64,000 nt of DNA from positions 37,776 through 101,775 of the forward strand of contig JAFGJS010000030.1 of the NCBI GenBank assembly GCA_016928995.1, in the 5' to 3' direction. The position numbers and the translations under genes were made by a program. This document shows, one piece after another, positions 59,451 through 64,000 of the stretch. The notes below the pieces were generated by a model, which was not told the DNA's origin, did not search any database, and saw nothing but the letters and a program-made list of their open reading frames with translations. Every line of letters starts with the position of its first letter. Position 1 is the stretch's first letter. This DNA is from Candidatus Sumerlaeota bacterium. GTDB taxonomy: Bacteria; Sumerlaeota; Sumerlaeia; JAFGJS01.

Positions 59451-60263
59451 CTAGTAGAACAGCGTGTATTCCTCGCCTTTGAATTCCACGACGACGGATT
59501 CGCTTTGAATGTCGATGATTTTAAGGCCGCGGATTTCGTCGCCGATATAGACCACTTGCTCGCAGACCATGGCCTTCGGCGCCTCTTTGCTCCAAATGAT
59601 GCCGTTGATCGTCACTTCTTCGATGCTCTCGATGGGCTTGGCGCCGCGGCTGTAGATCACTTTGCGTTTCGGACGCTGACTCGTCCCGGTTTCTTCCTGC
59701 GGCGCTTCGTCCTGGGCGTCGGCTTGTGTTTTTTCCTGAACTGCTTCCGCTTCGGGCGTCATCTCGAAATTCAGCTCCACGATTTGCATCGGGACTTCAT
59801 TTTCCGGCGCGGATGCGTCTGCGTCCGCCGATTTCGGCGTCGCCTCAGTGTGCGCGATCGGAGCTTGATCCGGCGGCTCTTCTGCAGTGATGGCCGGAGC
59901 GTCTGCCGGCGTCGTATGAGGCGCGAGCTCTTTGTTCAAGGTTTGAGGCTGCTGAACTAAGGCAGGAGCGGCGAGCTGCGGCGCTGTGCGGGATGCGCTG
60001 ATTGTCATTTGATACAGCAGCATGCCGCCGACGCCCGCCAATGCGATGATGGCCAGCGAAACAAGGACCGCGCCTGCGAAAATCAGGGCGCCGGTGTTTC
60101 CTCGCGCGGCGGAATGTTGCTGCTCTTCGCGCTCCGGTGCTTCTGTCTCGTCGTCGCCGCCTTGCTGGTAGGCCAGCTCGTTGTAAAGCTGGGAATCCTC
60201 CGTCGCTTGCTCCTGATCGCGTTCGCGTTTCGCCTTGGACAATGCATTCAGAATGATGCTCAT
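59451..60263 (-). CDS. GspB/ExeB-like protein
   Basis: MSIILNALSKA N-terminus, single TM and INGIIWS C-domain; ATGA-coupled to the exeA-like gene. Confidence 0.75.
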   Translation of the reverse strand: MSIILNALSKAKRERDQEQATEDSQLYNELAYQQGGDDETEAPEREEQQHSAARGNTGALIFAGAVLVSLAIIALAGVGGMLLYQMTISASRTAPQLAAPALVQQPQTLNKELAPHTTPADAPAITAEEPPDQAPIAHTEATPKSADADASAPENEVPMQIVELNFEMTPEAEAVQEKTQADAQDEAPQEETGTSQRPKRKVIYSRGAKPIESIEEVTINGIIWSKEAPKAMVCEQVVYIGDEIRGLKIIDIQSESVVVEFKGEEYTLFY

Positions 60264-62149
60264 AATGGCAGTTCCTCCCCTTCGGTCAGGCGGGGATGAT
60301 CGGCATGAAAGAGCAGCGAGAGATACAACGCGGTCCTGGCGTCGATTTCACCCGTGGCCTTGAGCTGGTGATAACGCTGAAAACGGATCAGCGCCTCTTC
60401 GGTGAAACGTCCATAGTTGCCATCCAGCGCGTAATCGTAAAATTTGCGCTCCTTGAGCGCTTGTTGCAGTTTCTTCACGCGTTCGCCCTCTTCGCCGCGC
60501 AAGACCTGATTGAGCCGCAACTGGTCGAAGTAAACGACGCGCACCGTCGCCACCCGGCGCGAAAGCCAGCTGCGCTGCACGATGCTGCAGCCCCAGATCG
60601 GATCGTGGATCGTGATCGCTTCGCCTTCCATGCGGCGCAACACAACCCACGGCGAGAGTTGATCCTGCCCTTCCGGCGTGATTTTCAACAGCAGCGGCAC
60701 GTCGTAAACCAGGGCTTTCTCCAGCCCCTCCTCCGCGTCGAACCACGCCACGCCCAAGCCGTAATTGGCGGCCAGTAAATCAAGCTCCGCCATTTGCTCG
60801 GCATCGCGTTCGTGCAGATCGCCCATGTTCGCCGGACGCACCCGCCATACGGAGAGCAAGCTCAAAACCGCGGCCGCCTGCGTCTGGTACGGCTCCATGA
60901 CTCGCAGGATTCCGTTCTCATCGTACTTCCAGGCGGTGTCCTGTGTCACGGGATTTTTACGCGGCTCCGGTTTCGGCGGTTCTGGCTCCGGCAGGTCGAT
61001 GGCGATGCGGACGTATGACGAAGCCGCGTTCTGCGCCTGCGCCGTTGCCGTCGTCGCGCCCGTTTCCAACTCCGGCGGCAGGGCGATGACCACCGGCGGA
61101 CGCGCCGCCGCATCGCTTTCAATTCCGGAGTCATCCGCCGCGCCGCCGATTTTTGCCAGCAGTTCATTCACGCCCATGTCGCGGCGGGACATCTCCTGCA
61201 GTCCGTAATACGCCCCGCCTCCCGCGGCGATCAGCAGCAGCGCCAAGGTCAGCGGCAGCCAGAACCGGCGGCGTTTGCTTTTTGGCGCGCCGCTCTGAGC
61301 GCGCCGCCTTGATCCTTTGGACGCGCGCGAGTCGTCAGCCCGCTTGCCTGTGATCTCCGACACGGCCTGGCGCACCATGCGCTCGTCCACGATGTACGAA
61401 CTCGCCACGTACGCCGCCATCAGCGCGTTGTCGCAGACCACGTTGATCTTGCGCGGCACGCCGGCGCTGTGCTCGAAAATCCGCCGCAGCGCTCCGGGCG
61501 TCCAATTGATTTCGATCTTCGCCTGCGCCCGGTTCAGCCGGTGCCGGATATACGCCGGGACTTCATCCTCCGGCAGCGGTTTAAGGTGGTAGCGCACGGT
61601 GATGCGCTGATTGAGCTGCTCGAGCTCCGGCAGCGCCATGATGTCGTTGAGCTCCGGCTGACCCATCAGCACGATCTGGATCAGTTTCTCGCTTTCGGTC
61701 TCCAGGTTGCTGATCATGCGCACCTGTTCGAGGGTTTCGGGCGCCATATTCTGCGCCTCGTCGATAATCAGCACGCATGTGCGGCCCTGGTTGAAGCGCT
61801 CGAGCAAGTAGATATTGAGCGCATCGATCAACCCCTTCTTTGTCTCCGCCGTGCTGTCGATGCCGAAGTCGTCGTTGATCGCGCGCAGCAGTTCGATGTC
61901 CGTGAGGTACGAATTGAAAATCACGGCGAATTCGATTTCCGATTCGCCCAGGTCGCGCAGCAGCGCGCGGCACACGGTCGTCTTGCCCGCGCCGACGTCG
62001 CCGGTGAGCATGATGAAGCCCTTGCGTTCCTGAATGCCGTAAAGCAGCGCCCCGATCGCCTCGCGGTGCTGCCGGCTGAGGTACAGGAAACGCGAATCGG
62101 GCGTCAGGTTGAAGGGCGCCTCTTCCAAGCCGAAAAATTTGTTGTACAT
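60260..62149 (-). CDS. ExeA/GspA AAA ATPase with a peptidoglycan-binding domain
   Basis: MYNKFFGLEEAPFNLTPD, GDVGAGKTT, IIDEAQN and DGNYG..T..FQ motifs. Confidence 0.92.
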   Translation of the reverse strand: MYNKFFGLEEAPFNLTPDSRFLYLSRQHREAIGALLYGIQERKGFIMLTGDVGAGKTTVCRALLRDLGESEIEFAVIFNSYLTDIELLRAINDDFGIDSTAETKKGLIDALNIYLLERFNQGRTCVLIIDEAQNMAPETLEQVRMISNLETESEKLIQIVLMGQPELNDIMALPELEQLNQRITVRYHLKPLPEDEVPAYIRHRLNRAQAKIEINWTPGALRRIFEHSAGVPRKINVVCDNALMAAYVASSYIVDERMVRQAVSEITGKRADDSRASKGSRRRAQSGAPKSKRRRFWLPLTLALLLIAAGGGAYYGLQEMSRRDMGVNELLAKIGGAADDSGIESDAAARPPVVIALPPELETGATTATAQAQNAASSYVRIAIDLPEPEPPKPEPRKNPVTQDTAWKYDENGILRVMEPYQTQAAAVLSLLSVWRVRPANMGDLHERDAEQMAELDLLAANYGLGVAWFDAEEGLEKALVYDVPLLLKITPEGQDQLSPWVVLRRMEGEAITIHDPIWGCSIVQRSWLSRRVATVRVVYFDQLRLNQVLRGEEGERVKKLQQALKERKFYDYALDGNYGRFTEEALIRFQRYHQLKATGEIDARTALYLSLLFHADHPRLTEGEELPL

Positions 62150-62362
62150 CGCCTCGCTGGTTTACCGTCTTTAAAAAGATTAAACGCCGTCAGGGCCTTC
62201 GGCGCTTGCCAGAAAAATTCAACATGAGCGCAGCCCCGCTGTAAAGTGCGGAATGCCTTGTCTTTTTGATTGATTCCGCCGAAACTACGTCCATGATAGC
62301 GCTCGAAACGCTGGATGCCGGCGTGATTTTGCCGGTTTTTAATTTTTCCATGAAAGATACTG

Positions 62363-63709
62363 ATGAACGCACTTCCTGTCATCGCCATTGTCGGCCGCCC
62401 GAACGTGGGGAAATCCACGCTGTTCAACCGCATTTGCGGCTCGCGCAAGGCCGCCGTGCTCGATACGCCTGGCGTCACGCGCGACCGCAATTACGAGGAA
62501 TGCGAGATCGGCGGACGCGGATTTATCCTGATCGACACCGGCGGCTATGACCCGGACGAGGATTCATCGCTTGCGTTCCATATGCGCGAGCAGATCGCAA
62601 TGGCTGTAGAGGAGGCGGACGCTATCATCCTGATTGTGGACCGCATGCAGCCGGACAATCCGATCGACCGCGAAATGGCGGAGAAACTGCGCCGCAGCGG
62701 CAAGACGTGCCTGCTCGCGGTGAACAAGTGCGACAACGTGCAGCAGGAACAGGAGGCGTGGGGTTTCACCGAGTTGGGCGTGGGCGAGGTTCATCCGGTG
62801 TCCGCGCTGAATGGCGCGGGCGTGGCCGAGTTGCTGGAAAACGCGCTGGAGTCGCTGCCGCATGTGGAGGCGCCGCCGAAAGATGAGGACGCGCTGAAGA
62901 TCGCCGTGGTCGGCCGGCCGAACGTGGGCAAGAGCACGCTGGTGAACCGCATTCTGGGCGCGGAACGGGTGATCGCCGATTCCACGCCTGGCACCACGCG
63001 TGACGCCATCGACATGCCCTTCACACGCGACGGGCGCAATTACGTCCTGATCGACACGGCGGGCATCCGGCGGCGCGGCAAGGTCGAGCGCGGAATCGAG
63101 AAACTCAGCGTGATGAGCGCGCTGATCAGCCTCAAGCGCTGCGACGTAGCGCTGATCCTGCTCGACGCCGAACGCGGCATCACCGACCAGGACACGCACA
63201 TCGCGGGCTACGCCGAAGAAAGCGGCAAACTGCTGATCTTCATCGTGAACAAATGGGACGCTGTGCCGGACAAGGACAATTCAAGCGCCGGCGACTTCGT
63301 CAAAAAAATCCGTCAGGAATTCAAATTTCTCCAGTGGGTTCCGATCCAGTTCATCAGCGCCAAAACCGGCGACCGGGTGGGGCGCATCTTCAAGATCATC
63401 GACGAGCTCATGCCGCAGTACGACTGCCAGATCCCCACGTCGCAGGTGAACGACGCGATTCAGCAGGCGCTGATCGATCATTCGCCGCCGATGCGCCGCG
63501 GCCTGCGGTTGAAGATCAAGTACGCCTGCCAGACCGGCTCCAAACCGCCGATCTTTTCGCTCTTCGTCAACGATCCTGGCCTGATCCACTTTTCCTATCG
63601 TCGCTATCTGGTCAACAAGTTGCGCGAATCCTTCGGCCTGACCAACGTCCCCCTCTGGCTCGCGCTCAAACGCAAGTCAACCAATCGCTACGTAAGCGAT
63701 GAGGATTAA
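62363..63709 (+). CDS. der: Ribosome biogenesis GTPase Der
   Basis: Two GRPNVGKST G-domains followed by a KH-like domain. Confidence 0.97.
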   Translation: MNALPVIAIVGRPNVGKSTLFNRICGSRKAAVLDTPGVTRDRNYEECEIGGRGFILIDTGGYDPDEDSSLAFHMREQIAMAVEEADAIILIVDRMQPDNPIDREMAEKLRRSGKTCLLAVNKCDNVQQEQEAWGFTELGVGEVHPVSALNGAGVAELLENALESLPHVEAPPKDEDALKIAVVGRPNVGKSTLVNRILGAERVIADSTPGTTRDAIDMPFTRDGRNYVLIDTAGIRRRGKVERGIEKLSVMSALISLKRCDVALILLDAERGITDQDTHIAGYAEESGKLLIFIVNKWDAVPDKDNSSAGDFVKKIRQEFKFLQWVPIQFISAKTGDRVGRIFKIIDELMPQYDCQIPTSQVNDAIQQALIDHSPPMRRGLRLKIKYACQTGSKPPIFSLFVNDPGLIHFSYRRYLVNKLRESFGLTNVPLWLALKRKSTNRYVSDED

Positions 63710-63803
63710 AGCGCAACATGACATTGAGTGAAAAATCTGGATTACGAGGATAAGTGGCAGCATCAAACGATCGCAACAGAAGTTGCTTGCAACCTTCTAT
63801 CAT

Positions 63804-63998
63804 TTATTTTATATTTAGAACATGAAAGATCGGTGATTCCGAGTTCGTCATCTCACCGGAAAAAGAGATTTTACCCAATCCCTCTCCAGCCGGATCAATA
63901 AACTGCACTCCATTTTCCATATAGATCTCTTGATTTGCAGCTATCGAAAATGAAAATGTGTAATTAAATTTTGGCGATTTTGGCAACCGAATGCCTTC
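63804..63998 (-). CDS. 3' end of an AT-rich hypothetical gene, partial
   Basis: Frame is open to the window edge; no recognisable motif. Confidence 0.35.
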   Translation of the reverse strand, partial: EGIRLPKSPKFNYTFSFSIAANQEIYMENGVQFIDPAGEGLGKISFSGEMTNSESPIFHVLNIK

Positions 63999-64000
63999 GA

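Overview
Bacterial chromosomal window from a GC-rich, diderm (Tol-Pal-containing) organism. Left to right: the end of an energy-converting hydrogenase-related (Ehr-like) operon, pal-tolB, a WecA/MraY-family transferase, tRNA-Arg(ACG), thiL and a ~22 kb minus-strand Wzx/Wzy surface-glycan operon. Then ligA, a phosphoesterase and an FHA protein, a T2SS/T4P-like cluster, asd, a DUF2723 membrane protein, two histidine kinases with a response regulator, a VKOR-thioredoxin fusion, an O-antigen-ligase-like protein, ftsQAZ, a large GH78 protein, exeA/exeB-like genes and der. The most unusual signals are non-coding. (1) A non-glycan cassette interrupts the glycan operon: a 12x21-bp palindromic array, an Fn3 gene, a four-helix-bundle (IVP/Avd-like) gene bracketed by octamer arrays with a perfect 29-bp inverted repeat, and a signal-less LamG gene. 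(2) At least four gene-free arrays share the tandem-repeat/inverted-arm architecture but use different 6-, 7- or 9-nt units. (3) Two inverted copies of a ~160-200 bp structured element with compensatory base changes bracket the glycan region. Product calls come from motif recognition by eye, and several start codons were reassigned from RBS or overlap context.
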